DNA of 64,000 nucleotides, from positions 367,912 through 431,911 of the forward strand of contig JAAOMT010000590.1 of assembly GCA_016748015.1 (NCBI GenBank), in the 5' to 3' direction. The position numbers and the translations under genes were made by a program. The stretch's first letter is position 1. Every line of letters begins with the position of its first letter. The DNA is from Geosiphon pyriformis uo1. Its lineage: Eukaryota > Fungi > Glomeromycota. The notes below the pieces were generated by a model that searched no databases, was not told the DNA's origin, and was given only the letters and a program-made list of their open reading frames with translations. Positions 11,892-26,100 of this stretch are shown here, in pieces.

Positions 11892-14186
11892 ACCAAAAAT
11901 TAAAACTCTTTGTCTCCTTAATTTTATGACCACGACTAGAGCAAAGAGTAAAAAAGCTGCACCTGATATCTGTCCTAAGATATCTAATAAAATTTCAACC
12001 AGAAGAGCTTTTTCTGTTGTAGAAGCAACTAGGCAAAACGTTTTAGAAGCCTTCTCCTTACCCAGTAATTGTGAAAAGCTATCTTTGGTAACCACTGAAT
12101 CAACTTCCTTATCTTTGGCTGGTTTTTTACCAGTCAAAGTTCCTTTAAAGAGATACACTTGGGTTAGTTCCAGTGTTGCCTCCATCCTGACTAAGAGCCC
12201 AAAAATTTTTAATAATAGACCAGTAAATAAGCTGGCCTTCCCCTCTATAGACCCAACACTTGGTGCTTCTGGCACCACCTCTTCAAAAAAAATAATCAAA
12301 AAGACCAAAAGTTCAGAAAAGTAGGGACAGTTGCTTGCCTCTGCTATTGTTACACCGAACCTCTTTGTGGTTCCCAATAAGATCTTAGATAAGATCTCAG
12401 TAGCATCATCCGGCACGTTATCCAAGATAGGCCAAGATCAACTACTGGCTGTATTGCCAAATGTGGTGTTTTCCAGCAGATCATTGCTGGTTTTAGAAGC
12501 AAAACAATCTCTTCCTGTTGGGTCACCTGTTCTTGGGAACTGGGCTGATCAAATGGAAACTGATTCATCTCCTCCTCTAGTTTCTGGTGCTACTTCTGAT
12601 AGTGCTTAAGAAACTATTACTAGTTATCAAAAGTTTGCTGGGTGGGTGGCCTCTACTCTGGTGCCTGGTGCTATTTTTAAGATCAAATTGGCTCATGTTA
12701 AGACTGTTTTTTAGTCTGTGCATGGTTTTTTGGGTGCTAAATCTGTTTCAAAAGACAATGTAAAGCTTTTCTGTATGGAGTTTGCTTCTTAACAGTCTTT
12801 GGAAGCTGCATTTCTGGTTGAGCTTACAAGCTCTATTCATTTGGCCACTCTCAAAATTGCCAAGTCTTTGGTGGTTTTTGAATCTGGTTCCTCTTCTGCT
12901 GCTGTTGTGCTGTGTAATGTACCTTTAGGTGTGTCTGTTGCTGACATTAAGTTGGCTTTTAGTGTGTTTGGTAGTGTTACTCATGTTGTGCTGAAGCCTG
13001 CTGGTATTTGGCAGTATGTAGTGGTTTATTTTGAAAAGTTAGACTCTGCTGTGTCTGCCTTGAAGCATTAGTCAGTCTTGGTAGGCAAGGATAGTGTTAG
13101 AATCCTCCCTTTGGTGAATCAAAATGAGACTATTTTGTCTCATGATAAGTTTAAGGCCAAATTGGTCAATCTTCCCCCTGGCTGTACCACCTTTGAAATC
13201 AGTGATATGATTTCTCAGATTGGTGATCAAACATGTTTTATCCCTTGTTCTTCTGATTCTGGTTATTGTTCCCAGTTTGCTTTGGTTATATTTGACTCTC
13301 AAGGTGATTTGGATTCTGCTGTAGTTAAGACTGGTACTCTAAGGAAATGCCATATCTGGTGGGAAACTCCTGGCTGCCGGCACTGCTTTAGGTGTCAAAA
13401 AATGGGCCATCTGGCCGTGAATTACAAGATTTTCTCACCTTTTACTCTCAAGGTTCCCAAGATTTTCAAGTCTCATTTTGTGGGTTCTGTTTCATATGCC
13501 AAGACTGCTGCTCCTTTTGGTCTTTCTGAGTTTCTTCCTTTAGTGGCTTCTTCAGCTGCTTCTGCTGCTAATCCTGCTGTTAGTTCCAGGTTGGACTTTT
13601 TGGAAAAGCAGATTTCGGATTTGGCTGCTCTGGTTAAGTCTATTGTTAAGCCTATTGGTTCTTTGGTTGCTTTGGTGTCTTGTCTTCTTGATGATAATGC
13701 CATTAAAGCTGTTTAGGTCGAGAAAGATATTGTTTCCATGAAGAGTGCTGCTAATAATTTTTCTAACCTCATGGTTGGAGTTTCCAAGGACATTGCTTGT
13801 CTTAGATCTGAGATTGACTTTGGTAATATGGATTATGATGGTGTTCTGGCTGCTAAGTCTTCCTTTTTAAGTGAAGACACTATTGAGCGTGTTATTGCTT
13901 TGTGGCAAATGTCTGGTGCTGAAACCAGGGACAATATTGAGTCTACTAGATTGTTTTTTAGTGAGTTTATTTTTGACTCTAGGAATCTGAATGATATCAT
14001 TGAGAGAATTCATGGGTTGGGGTTATTCTCACCTATTTTTGATTTAGCATAGTGAGTCCTTAATTGGGTCGAGTGTCTGATCACGTGTAAAAAATGCATG
14101 ATTTATGCCTATAATATAATCCCTTCTGTGGTATCATAGTTTAGGTAGTATTTGGGTCTCACTCATTAAAATATAATAAAAAAAAA
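11892..14186 (+). mobile_element. Non-autonomous ORF1-only LINE-type element (HAL1-like) with A-rich tail and 11-bp TSD
   Basis: TSD atattataata at 11881-11891 and 14187-14197. One ORF is followed directly by the LINE-type 3' UTR and A tail, with no ORF2. Confidence 0.75.
11926..14052 (+). pseudogene. LINE ORF1p/Gag-like protein (709 codons; RRM-like segments, CCHC knuckle, coiled-coil), broken by point-mutation stops
   Basis: ORF pieces starting at 11926, 12331, 12799, 13078 and 13738 are all in one frame. CFRCQKMGHLAVN(Y<C) knuckle. RLDFLEKQISDLAALVKSI heptads. Confidence 0.8.
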
Positions 14187-17100
14187 ATATTATAATATTT
14201 AACAAATATATAAATTTTTTTTATTAATTATTTTTACAATATAATAATATTTTATTTAACAATAGTTATAAAAATTAAGTAATATCAAGATCAGTTCTAA
14301 TAAATAAATATTAAAGACTACTTAACTATTTAAGAAGACTGTAATTATATAAAAAAAAATACACTTTAAAGTTAATATAATAGTTTATAATTCAGCTAAA
14401 ATAGATAATATCAGACCAAAAACTTTAATATTAATACTAAAATTCAAATTATCAAAAAATGTAATAACATTAATTTTTATGTTTATTAAATTCAAATTCT
14501 TTAAAAAACTATTAATATAAACAAAAATACAAAAAAATTAGCTTTTAATAACTTATTACATATTTAACAAATTATATTAGAATTTAAAATATTTAAAAGT
14601 TAAATATTCTTTATAAAAAAAAAGTTTATTAAATTATAAGAATATTCAAATATATTACTGTTAATAAAAATTATGTAAAAACTAATTTACAAAGATTAAA
14701 ATGTTTTTAATATTTAAAATTTTTCTAGTCAAGAACTTTATTATTTTTACTATGTAGCTATTTGATAAAAACAACACTAAAACATTTAATTAAATAAATA
14801 ATCTTAAAAAAACAAAATTATTAAGAACTATAAATATTAAAATATCTTTATAAAACTAAAACACCAAAAACAGAATGCTATTTAAGGACAAATTATAACC
14901 AAAAAAATTCTAATCATATTAGTCAAGAAATTTTTAACTAAATTAATACAAAAACAAACTGAAAAAAGCAAAAAATGATAAAAAAACCAACTTAATACTT
15001 AAAGATTTAAAAATCTATAATTAAACAACCAGTTTATAATACTAACAATATTTAAGAAACTTAAGAGAAAAATTAGCTTATATTCAATTTATATTTGCTT
15101 AAAAAATTTCAAGTTATATAACAAAAAATAATAAATTGTATTATTAAAAAAGTTTAATAACAAATTAGTTTTTAGCTTTAAACTTTTTTATACTATAGTG
15201 TTTTATTTACTATAAATATTAATCAAAACAAAACTGAACTGGATTTTATAACTAATAATTAAATATAAAACTGTTAAAACCAAATAAAAAAATTGCTTAT
15301 TAATAATAAATTTTTTTAAAACTTTATTTATAAAAAACTTCATATCTAAATAAGTTTTAACTAAACAAATTATTTATAAAGACAAAAATATTCAAGTATC
15401 TATAAGTTTCTTTTTTTTTAACAATTAAAATAAACAAATTACTAATTATTAAAAAAAAATATTAATTCTTTAATTAATAAAAATAATTACTGTTTTATTA
15501 TTATTAATTAAAATATTATTAACTTAAAAAAAGTTATTTACAATATTCAAAATATATTAAGTTACAATCTAATTGCTTTTTATCCAAATTGTATTATTAA
15601 CAAAAATACTAGTAATAAGAAATAACATTATATTTACTTAAGTTTTAACTTAACCAATTTTAATAACAAACTTAAAATTTATCTTATAATTATATATATT
15701 TTTTTGTCTCTTAATCTCACACAAAAAAATCATAAAAAATACACCAAAAAAAAGTACCTTAATTTAATTTATCATAAATATAATAGTTATCTATTAAATT
15801 AAAATTAATCATAATCTAATTAACATAATTATTGTAAATACTATTAAAAAATCTTATAAATTTTTTATATATTTTGATTTTATTTAAGTTATTTCTCAAA
15901 TGTTCTTATTTTACAAAATTATATATCTTGCAATTTTTTGTAAAACTAATTAAAGTTCATGATTTTTTTTAAAATATTTTTTATTATTAATCTGATTATA
16001 AATATAAAAAATTACATTATTATATTCTTTATTATTATTATTATAAATAAACTTAATAGAGTATAGTAATAATATTTGTTATTTTAAATTTGAATAAAAG
16101 AAGCTTGAAAGTTTTTTTTTATAGGCTTATGTAATATGTCAGTGTTATTAGTCTTTAAAAGTCTCTTAAAAATATAAATTTATTTGTGAAATTCTTTGGT
16201 TATAAGACACAAAGATATAGTTTTATAGTATTACAACTTATATATATGAATTATTTTCTCTAAACTTGTTAAGTGTAATATTACAAATAATTATTTAGAG
16301 TATTAGTACAAATAACAAACCCATAATTTGGTGTTTAATAGCTTGATAATAGTAATAATATCTGAAAATTTTAATAATTTGAAGGTTTTGGTTGAGTTTT
16401 TTGTATAATAAACAGAGATTCAATAGTTGTTTCAGTACTCTTCTAAAAGCTTATTTCATGAATTTTTTTTTTCAGTATAGTGACCAGTTTATTTTAATAG
16501 TCATGCTTTTTTGGTAAACTATCCTTAAATTTTTATCTTTATTTTTGGGTTTTTTATCAAACTATTTTTAACATTAAATACTTAGCACTTAATTCTTTTA
16601 ATTAATTAGTAAACAACAAAATAAAACAAAAAATATATATAAAAATATAAAAAAAATAAAAAATTAGTATTCTATTAATAACTATAATCAAAAGCTATTG
16701 ATCCAGTATGATTAAGTATTGAATTTTATCAACATAAAGTATTAATAGAATAAAAGTGATTAATATTTTTTAATCAAGTAATGATAATATAGATTCAGAT
16801 AATAATTAATATTTTATTAATATGTAATTTGATTCTGCTTTAAGTTATAGAAAACTACTTTTTAAAAAAAGAGATATGAAATAATTAATAAGTTGTTAGT
16901 ATTAATTCTGAACTGAATTCTGTTTTTTCTGTTTCTAATACTCTCACTATATATACATAATTAATATTATACAAGATTTCTTGGATTTTTTAATTTTTTT
17001 AACCAGAAAACCTGAAATTTTTTTTTTACTATGTCTATTTTTAATTAGTTATTTTATCTTTTTATTAAAAATTCCTAAATTTTTATGAGTAATCATTTTT

Positions 17101-20100
17101 TTTTTAATATTAAGCTCTATTAAAATCTCCTAAATTTTCTAACTCTCTTTTTTGGATTAACTTCTTGACTTCTTTTTTGATAATTACTTGGGAAATTTTG
17201 ATTTGTAATTCTTTGAATTGGATATTAATAATCCTTTTTAATTGATTAATAGTTATTATGTTTATTGTTGGATAAAGTAATATTTCTGGTTGGTCTTGAA
17301 ATTTTGCTTATAATCAATATATGGCTTGTGTTTATGTAAATATGTTGTTTTTTTCTATAAATTGTTTAAGTTGGTATAATATTATTATATTAAACAATTA
17401 TTTTGTATTATTTGTATATAAATTCTAAATATTAAGATTTTGTCTTAAGTAATAATAACAAAAGTTTTTTGAAAATTGTTGTGTTTACTATTTTTAATTT
17501 TTTTTTGTTAATTTTTTATATAGTGTTGTTGTCCTTAGTATTTTTTATTTTTGCTAATATTTTATTTACTATGTTTTTCAATTTTTTTGTGTACTTTATA
17601 TTGGTGTTTTAGTTTTTTTTCTCTATTTTTGTACTGAATGGTTTGTTAATTAATTGTAATTTTTATGTTCAGTTATTAGTATTAAATTAGTTAAAACAGT
17701 TGTTATGCGAATAAGTAAATATTGTTAATAATTTCTATTTTTTTGTTTGCTTTTGTCATATGTGTTAGTTCTTTATATATTTTTCTGCTATATTAATTTA
17801 ACATATTTGTGTTAATAATTATGATTAGTTTTAAATCTTGTAGAATTTCATTTGGTTGAACTAGTATTTATTATATTTTCAGTTATAGAATATTATTAGT
17901 AAATGATAATGCTATATTATAATATGATTTTAATTAATTTCTATATGCTGTTTTAGTTAAAATTTTGTTGTTTTATCTTAGTTTATAAGCTCTATTTTCT
18001 AGAATTTCTTTAATGTGAAATGGTTCATTTTATTTGGAGTTAAATTTTCCATTCTATTGTTTTTTTGCTTTGGTACAATGCAAAAATACTTTGTTTTCAA
18101 TTCTGAATTTAACTGGTTTATTTAGTAATTGGTTATTATGTTATTTTTTTTGTGATTTTTGAATGTTATTAGCTGCTCTTTATCTTTTGTTTTCTAATAT
18201 TTCTATTAAGTTATGTTTTTTTCAGCAATGTTTTTTAGAAGTTTGCTTTTGTTATTGGTTTTTGAATATGTGTTAATATCTATCTCAATTGATAATATTG
18301 TTGTTTTACTATAAACAAGTTCAAATAATGTTGCTTATATGGTATCTTGTTTTATTGTCCAATAAGCAAATAATAATAATAGTATAAACAAATTCTATTT
18401 GTTCTGGTTTTCTTGATTAATCTTAGTTATTGCTTTATATAATGTTTTATTAAATCTTTTAACTAAGTTATTTGTTTATAAATAATATGATAATAATAAT
18501 AATTTCTTAATTTTAAATCTTTAACTTAATTCTGTTAATGTTCTGTTTACAAAGTGAATTCTTTGATCTGATAATAATTTTTTTGGACATCTATATTGGC
18601 AAATCAACTCTTAGTGAATGAATTCAGCTATGGATTTTGCATCTGTTCTTTGAATTGCTTTTGCTTCTGGCTATTTTGTGAAATAATTCATAATTACTGT
18701 TATATAACAATTGTTTCTGCTGGTTATTATTAATGATCTAATTAAGTCAATTCCAATTTAATTGAATAGTTGTCCTATTTTAATTGGTCTTAGCAGTTTA
18801 CTGAATTTTGTTCCTCCTTTTTTTTAATAAACATCACAATTTTAAACATATTAAATGCTATTTGGATACATAGATAGCCAATAATATTTTTTTCTGGTTC
18901 TTTCTATGGTTGCTTCTTTATAAAAGTGTCTTGTTATTGGATTTGAATGCATGTTAAATAGTATTGTTTCTTTTTCTAGTTCTGTAATTATTCTAAATAA
19001 CTGATTTGAATATTTTCTGTTTTTCTTATATAATATATCTTGATAAGTAATAAAATATTTTGTTTGTTGTTTTAATATTAGAATTGTTGATATTTTTGTG
19101 TATTCATTTTTTTTTTGTAATATTTTTAAGTTAAAATGTTTTTAGATTTGTTTTATTTACAACAAACCATTGGCATTTACATTTTTTTTTTTACTTTTTA
19201 TAATATATGGTATAATTAAATAGTGATAATTCTATTTTTTATCTTGTATAATAATTGTTTCCAAATTCTTGCTTTTGGATTGATGTTAATTTTTTGTGAT
19301 TAGTATATATATTAAACTTCTGACTCAAGTATTTCTTTTATTTAATAACAGTCTAATAAATAGCTAAATGTTCTAATGCTAAAGTTCTATAGTTCTTTTT
19401 AGCTGAACTTAAACTTTTGCTGGTATATGCCACTAGTTATTCTCATTTATTTGCTTCTTTTTGTAATAATACAGCTCCTAATGCTTAATCAGATATATTG
19501 GTAGTAATAATAAATAACTTGTTATAATCTGAATAGATTAGTATTGGTGCTTAAATAAGCTTTCTTTTCAAGATATTAAAAGCTTTTTGTTGGGTTTTAG
19601 TTCATTTATATTTCATATTTTTTGCTTGGAGCTAGTAAAATAGTTGTGTTAGTTTGAAGAAATTTTGAATGAAACAACAATAGTATGCAAATTCCAAAAA
19701 TGTTCTTAGTTTCATTAAGTTGGTTAATACTAAAAAGTTTTTAACTATTTTAATTTTGTTTGGGTCTGTTTTAATGTTATCTTTGCTTACAACATGTTTT
19801 AAAAACTTAAGTTCAGTTTTTTCAAAGAAGTATTTAGTTGTATTTAACTTTAATTCGACTTTTTTTAATCTTTTAAACACTTGTTGTAAATAGTGGAGAT
19901 GGTTATTAAATGTTTTTAAGAACACATTGATGTTATCTAAGTAGACTATTATTAATTTTCATAGTAGTTTTGTGTAAACAATTTTCATTAATCATTGAAA
20001 GATGGCTGGAGCATTAGTTAAGCCAAAAGACATAATGTTAAATTCAAAATTCTCCTCTTTGATTGTAAATACAGTTTTCTTTTTATCTTCTGGTTTTATG

Positions 20101-23100
20101 GCTATTTGCTAATAATCACTATCTAAATCTAATGTAAAGAATCATTTTTTTTCAAAAACGTTAAATAACTTTTGAATTTATGAAATTAGATAGCTGTTTC
20201 TATAAGTAATACTGTTAAGTTTTCTGTAATCCACACAAAAGTGGATTTTTCTATTTTTTTTATGAATTAATATTACTAGTAATAATCATGAACTTATTGA
20301 TAGTTAAATTAATTTATTGTTCAATATTTTGTTGATTTTTTGTTAAATAATTTTATGACTAGCTGGTAATACTTGGTATACTTATTGTTTAATTAGCATA
20401 GCATTTTTAATTTTAATCTGATGTTGGATAATATCAGTTTTGCCAAATTCATTTTTACTGATAAAAATATTAGTAAAATTGTTAAATAGTATCTTAAATT
20501 ATATATGTTAAAGTAGATCTAAGTTTTTCAAGTTTATTTGTTTTAATTGTTTTAGTTGGAATAAATAATATTCTTCTTATTTGTAATATGATATTCACAT
20601 ATCCACAAAGTTATAGAAAGTCTGAAATAATGATGAATGTTTAATTTTTAACTTTAATGCTTAAGTATTCAATAATAATTCTACTTTGTATTTCTATGAA
20701 GTCTCTAGTTGTATTGTATATTGGGATCTTGATATGTTTGTTGTTTTTGGCTAGTATGTAGAGATTAGTAATAACAATCTCTCCTAATTTACAAATGTTT
20801 ATTTTAGCTTCAAAAATTTGGAGTTGATTTTTTACCTTTTTTTTTATAACTACCATATATTGATTATATAGTGGAATAGAAATTGATTAATAAGTAGAAA
20901 TAATTTTTTTCTTATTAATTGTTTCATTCTCTGTTATATGAACTAGTATATCTATTTTATTTATTGATCTGAATTTTTTTTTTCTTGCTATAATTCCTAA
21001 TTTTTCCTTTGTTTCTACTGATACTAACTAAGTTATTTTGACCAAAAACAGGAATATTGTTTGTGCTATTTTTTTGTTTGATTCAATTATATATTCTTTT
21101 TCTAAGTTATTTTGTAGTATTGCAATAATATTTTCTATATATCTTGCATTAATTATTTTTCCTCTAATGTTGATCTTTTTTTTTGCTAAACTAGATTTAG
21201 AAATTAGTTAGATCATTGTTGTTGCTGAAATTTCTAGTGCTATTTTTAGATCTATACTAGTATGCAAATATGGTTTCAATTTAATGGCAGTTTTTTTTGA
21301 ATACTTCAGATCAAACTTTGTATAAATATTATATATATGTTCTAACATAATATCTTTATTATTATTACTGAACCATTTTAGTTCCTGCTTTTTTGAGAGA
21401 TTTGGAAGTGTGATGTATTGTTCAGAGTTGTAATTAGAGTTTGAATTATCATTTTAATTACTATAATAAATAGAGTTAAAACCATTGTTGTCATTATTAT
21501 TAGAGTTTAAATTGTAATTAATTTTTAGTTCTGATTCTGATACATATTTACTAATTGGTGTTTTTTCTCAAAGATCAAATAGATCATACATGATGGTAGA
21601 TTGTAGATAAAGTTACAATTATTACAATATTCAAAGTTACTGAGAATTAGACAATGTTTATATAGTCTCATATTTAATTATTCTAGTCTTTGCTCTTGCT
21701 CTTCACAAGTTGATGCTAAGTCTTGATAGTGTTTATGAAATTGTTTTAAATTATCTATAGCATTGTTGAAAATATTAAAAGTTAAAACAAATTTAGATTT
21801 AAAAAATATTAGAGAATTATTTTTAATCTTCAATATTTTACTGAGTAAAGTATCTTCAGCTTTGACACTTATTATTTTCCAAATTTTATGTTCATCATAT
21901 AGATAACTTTTCAATTATCTCAGTACTTATTTTTAGGTAACATCAATTAGAGTCTCTTTTCATATTCAGTTATTGATTAGAATTGTATATTGACATGATT
22001 TATTACATGTTTCTTTTTACACAGAAATGTTTTTCCATATTTTTTATCAGAAAAAATTGTTTCACATACAAAACAAGACTTATTGTCCTATTTTTCTTGT
22101 CATTTGGATTATTCAAAACATTTAAAAATGCATGAGTAACAATAATATTTTGTTGTCATTGACCATTCTTTATTATTGCCATAACATGTACTTATTGTTG
22201 ACAATTTTTTATCACAATTGATGCAGATTAGTTTGAATTGGCAATAAGTTAGTTGTTTTAATGGTATAATATCATATAGAATATATATTGAGATAATAGT
22301 TTGGGATTGTTTTTTTTCTTTTTTCTTTTTTCTTTTTAAGTTAGGATTAATAAGAGTTTATTGTGGTTTTTGTTAATCCATAAAACTTGATAAGCTTTTC
22401 AGATAGATTTTTTTTTCTTGAATTTTATCAGTAAATATATAGTAAAAAGTTTGAAATAACCACAAGTAACAGGTACTTAAGTTTACAAATTATCTTGACT
22501 GAGTTGTAGCTTCTGAGTATTCCAGTCAAACATAATATTGGTTTTAAACAGCCAGTCATTATTAACTAATATTTGATACTATATGGTTTTTATTATTAAT
22601 ACTTTGATTAATGCTATAATATCATTGACTTCAAACAAAAAATTGTCAATCTTACCAATAGGCATTTTCATTACTCCATTAGTGATAATAATCTTAATAC
22701 TGACAGCATGATCAACTTAATAACTTAATTAGTCCATGAGTTGTTATATAATAATGCTGTTTGCTAAATTACTATTAAAAATTAGCTTAATAGAATGATC
22801 ATTAACTTTAGCATCAGTATATATAACAGTAATTAGTTTGGTGTTAAGAGTGGTTCCACTGAATAATGGTGTTTCTAATATGGTTTCTTATTTGAAGAAA
22901 AATATGGCTGTAAATAATTCATCTTCTGTAAAGATTGTTGATAGAATGTTATTAGTGAGTAATTAATTTTGGTTGGTTTTTTGTTGATTGGATTGAACAT
23001 TTTTTGAGATAACCAAGAGATTTAAATAGTTCTGTAAATTCGGGTTTTGGATGTATCTAGTTCTTGAATTCTTTGAACATGATTCTGATAATTGTTGTAA

Positions 23101-26100
23101 TGAACTAAAAATCAGTTGGTACATAATTATTGTTAATCTTTAATTTTGTTAGATGTATATAATAATTGGTTTTTGATTTCTAGATAATATTTGAGCAAAG
23201 TTGTGTAACAGTACTAGAATTGATAATAATTGATATATGATTTGTAATTGTGGCTAATAGATAGTTTGTGATTGTGACTGATAGATAACTGATACTAAAG
23301 TTTAATATATAAGAGATAAATATATTGGTTGTTGCATTATTAAAGTGTAATAAGATTGATATGATTTTTGATTCGAGATATAATTCAGAGTTTGAAACCA
23401 GTAATTAGGGTTTTAATATTGATTTCCCAATTTTTAGTTATTTAATCTTACATAGCAGTCTAATTTTAAGTGTTTTTGTTTATTACAATAATAACAGATA
23501 TGTGTTTTTTGCTGTCATAATTGATTAATTGATAAGGATAATAGACATGATTAATTTTGGAAACAATTGGAGTTTTCTGTATTGTTGAAATGTTGAAAAG
23601 ATTGATAGATTGCCTAATTGTTAGCTAAGTATTCTTTAATTTTCTTATTAATGGTTTTACCAAATTGCTTCAATTTAGTATTTAATTCAGATGATTTGTT
23701 TATTATTAAGCTAATAGTTTGGACATGGTTAGCTTCAAGTTTGGCCAATTCAAAATTTCTGACATATATAACTATATCTTAGAGTATATTTAAGTATATT
23801 GAGCATACTTATTGTAATAAGTTACTGTATAATTCATGAATAAACTGGTTCAAGATTTGTGTCTTAGTAAAATAGTCAGCTTGTATTGCCTGTATTTGGC
23901 ACAGATTTCAGTGAAAACATTCCAAGTAAGTAGTAATTACTTCAGTTTTATCTTGTTTAAATGTAATAAAACTAGTTAATAACTTATTAATGCTGTTGTG
24001 ATTATTAAAGTATTATAGAAATGTGGTTTTAAATGTATTAAAAATTTGTAATTGGTTGATAAGATTCCAATATCACAATTTGGCAGTATTCTGCAAAAAG
24101 TAAAAAATAGCTTAAAGGGCTTTAGTATCATCCCAATTATTGGCTGTAATTGTCTTAGTAATATTATTCAACTATGTTTGAATATTGTTTTCTTTATTAG
24201 TGAATTTTTTGAGTTTAGCAATGACTGTGTATGCCATTAAGGCTATTTGTTGTTGTTGTGATTGTTATTAAAGTTGTTATAATGATACAATTAATACAAT
24301 TAGTAATTAATTAATCAGATTTATTAAAAGTAAGTTTTGTAAGATAATAAGAGCTGGTGTTACTTATAGAAAAAGCATACAAGAAAAATAGTAGAAAAAA
24401 ACAGATAGACCAATAGGAGAATAGTAGCTAACATGTGAGCATATTGCTTGAGAAATTATAATACATTGCTCAGAAATGTAAGCAATCTCATAGAACCCAA
24501 ATTATGTATATATAACAAGAGTATTAGAAGCAAAAAAGACAAAATTGATACCAAAATCTCCTGATCAAATCATTTTAGTTAGAATTATCAATATTAATAA
24601 ATAATTATTCATTATCTAAATCACTCTTTTCACTATTAACACTTTATGTTAATAGTATTTGATACTTGATTATACTGAAACAATAGCTTTTGATCATGAC
24701 TATTAATAAGATACTAACTCTTTTTTGTCTTGGCTTATTTCTTATTTCTTTTGTTTTGTTTTGTTTTGTTTTATTATTATTTACTAATTGATTGAAGATT
24801 AAATGTGCAGAGTTATTAATGTCAAAATGGCTGGTAAAAGACCCAGAAATAAGGGTAAGACACTTAAAAATTAAGAATAGCTTATTAGAAGAATTACCAA
24901 GTATTATACTAAGAAAAAAATTCAATAGAATTGCAATTCTGAGAAGTGATAGATAAAAACAACATTTGAATTTCTGTCTATTATACAAAAAACTTAACCA
25001 AAACTTTCAGATACCAAAACCTTTAGATATCAACATCTATATTAATTATTGAGCACCAAATTACAGGTTTGTTATTTGATTTAAGATCTCAAATAATTAC
25101 CTGTAACATTTGGTGCTCTCTGTAAGATATAATTTTACAGAGAACTAGCACCAACAACAAACACTCAAAAGTAACAAAATCTGAAAGAAGAGAAATAAAC
25201 CATTTAGAATTCACCAAACTCTTATTTTAATACTACTGTTAACACTTGGGATTAACTAACAATCAACTATTAGTAAAATCAGTCTTCAACTTTTATGTTA
25301 ATAAAAGAATCAAATATTTCTTAAGAAAACTAGTAAATACAGAATCTGTAAGAGAAAATTTCTACAACAAATTAATTCAATATACCAGCTTACCATTAAA
25401 CTACAATTTCACACTAATCATTATTGAAATTAACAGAAAAATTAAAAATCACACCCAACAAACATTTTCTATTACTTATGCAGAAAAAAACAAAGAAAAA
25501 CTACAAACACCAGCAGGAATCCTAAAGCAAATACAATTACTTAGTTAGAAGAAACAGAAAGTTAATTTACCAGTTAATCTATCTTACTATTACACACCTG
25601 GAAGTATCATCAATATAACATTAACAAATATGTCCACAGCAAATGTGGCAATCTTATTAAACAAACTCTTATTCCAAAGTAAACAAAAAAAAGCAGAGTT
25701 ATTAGAAACCTATGGTGATTATTTTGAGAGATTTAAATCACAATTTCCAACACCATCAGAATTTTGATTACTACCATCTTAACCAAATTTTGGAACCACT
25801 AGTTCTTGGAAAGTAACATGATTAGAGAAAAAAAAAGATGACAATTAGGAATTCAATTATCAAAACCTAATCTCAGAAAACCTGGAAATTCAAACTCCAA
25901 TTGTTCCAACTCAGCATAATCAGTACAATCTGAACTTACTATTATTAATCAACCAAACTTACTTTTAGAAATTGTAATTAATTCACCACCAATTGTACCA
26001 ATTGTTACACAATTTCAGCTACAGCCATAATTTCAACAACAAAACCTACCACAACAACCAATCGCAGCACCAATAGTCTACACACTAATTACCAAACTAG

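Larger units (their letters stand above)
11460..16020 (-). mobile_element. Decayed LINE (3' end to RT region), interrupted by the ORF1-only element at 11892-14186
   Basis: 11520-11890 aligns with 46665-47030 and 14210-16010 aligns with 47620-49460. About 580 bp is deleted next to the insertion. RT remnants are recognisable (LQD..K.Y, FVNNTI for FVDD). Confidence 0.75.

Noticed and set aside
11865-12425. 186-aa minus-strand ORF and other antisense ORFs over AGO, AFG3 and pol
   Set aside because: Shadow frames of real coding sequence, with no motifs.
16270-16285. TSD for copy C and continuity of a hAT across it
   Set aside because: The flanks (gtaa versus ttat) do not match and the left flank is too decayed to assign.
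24644-24988. Antisense LTR ORF repeated at 43640-43912
   Set aside because: The recurrence reflects LTR duplication. It is not comparably open in A, C or D.
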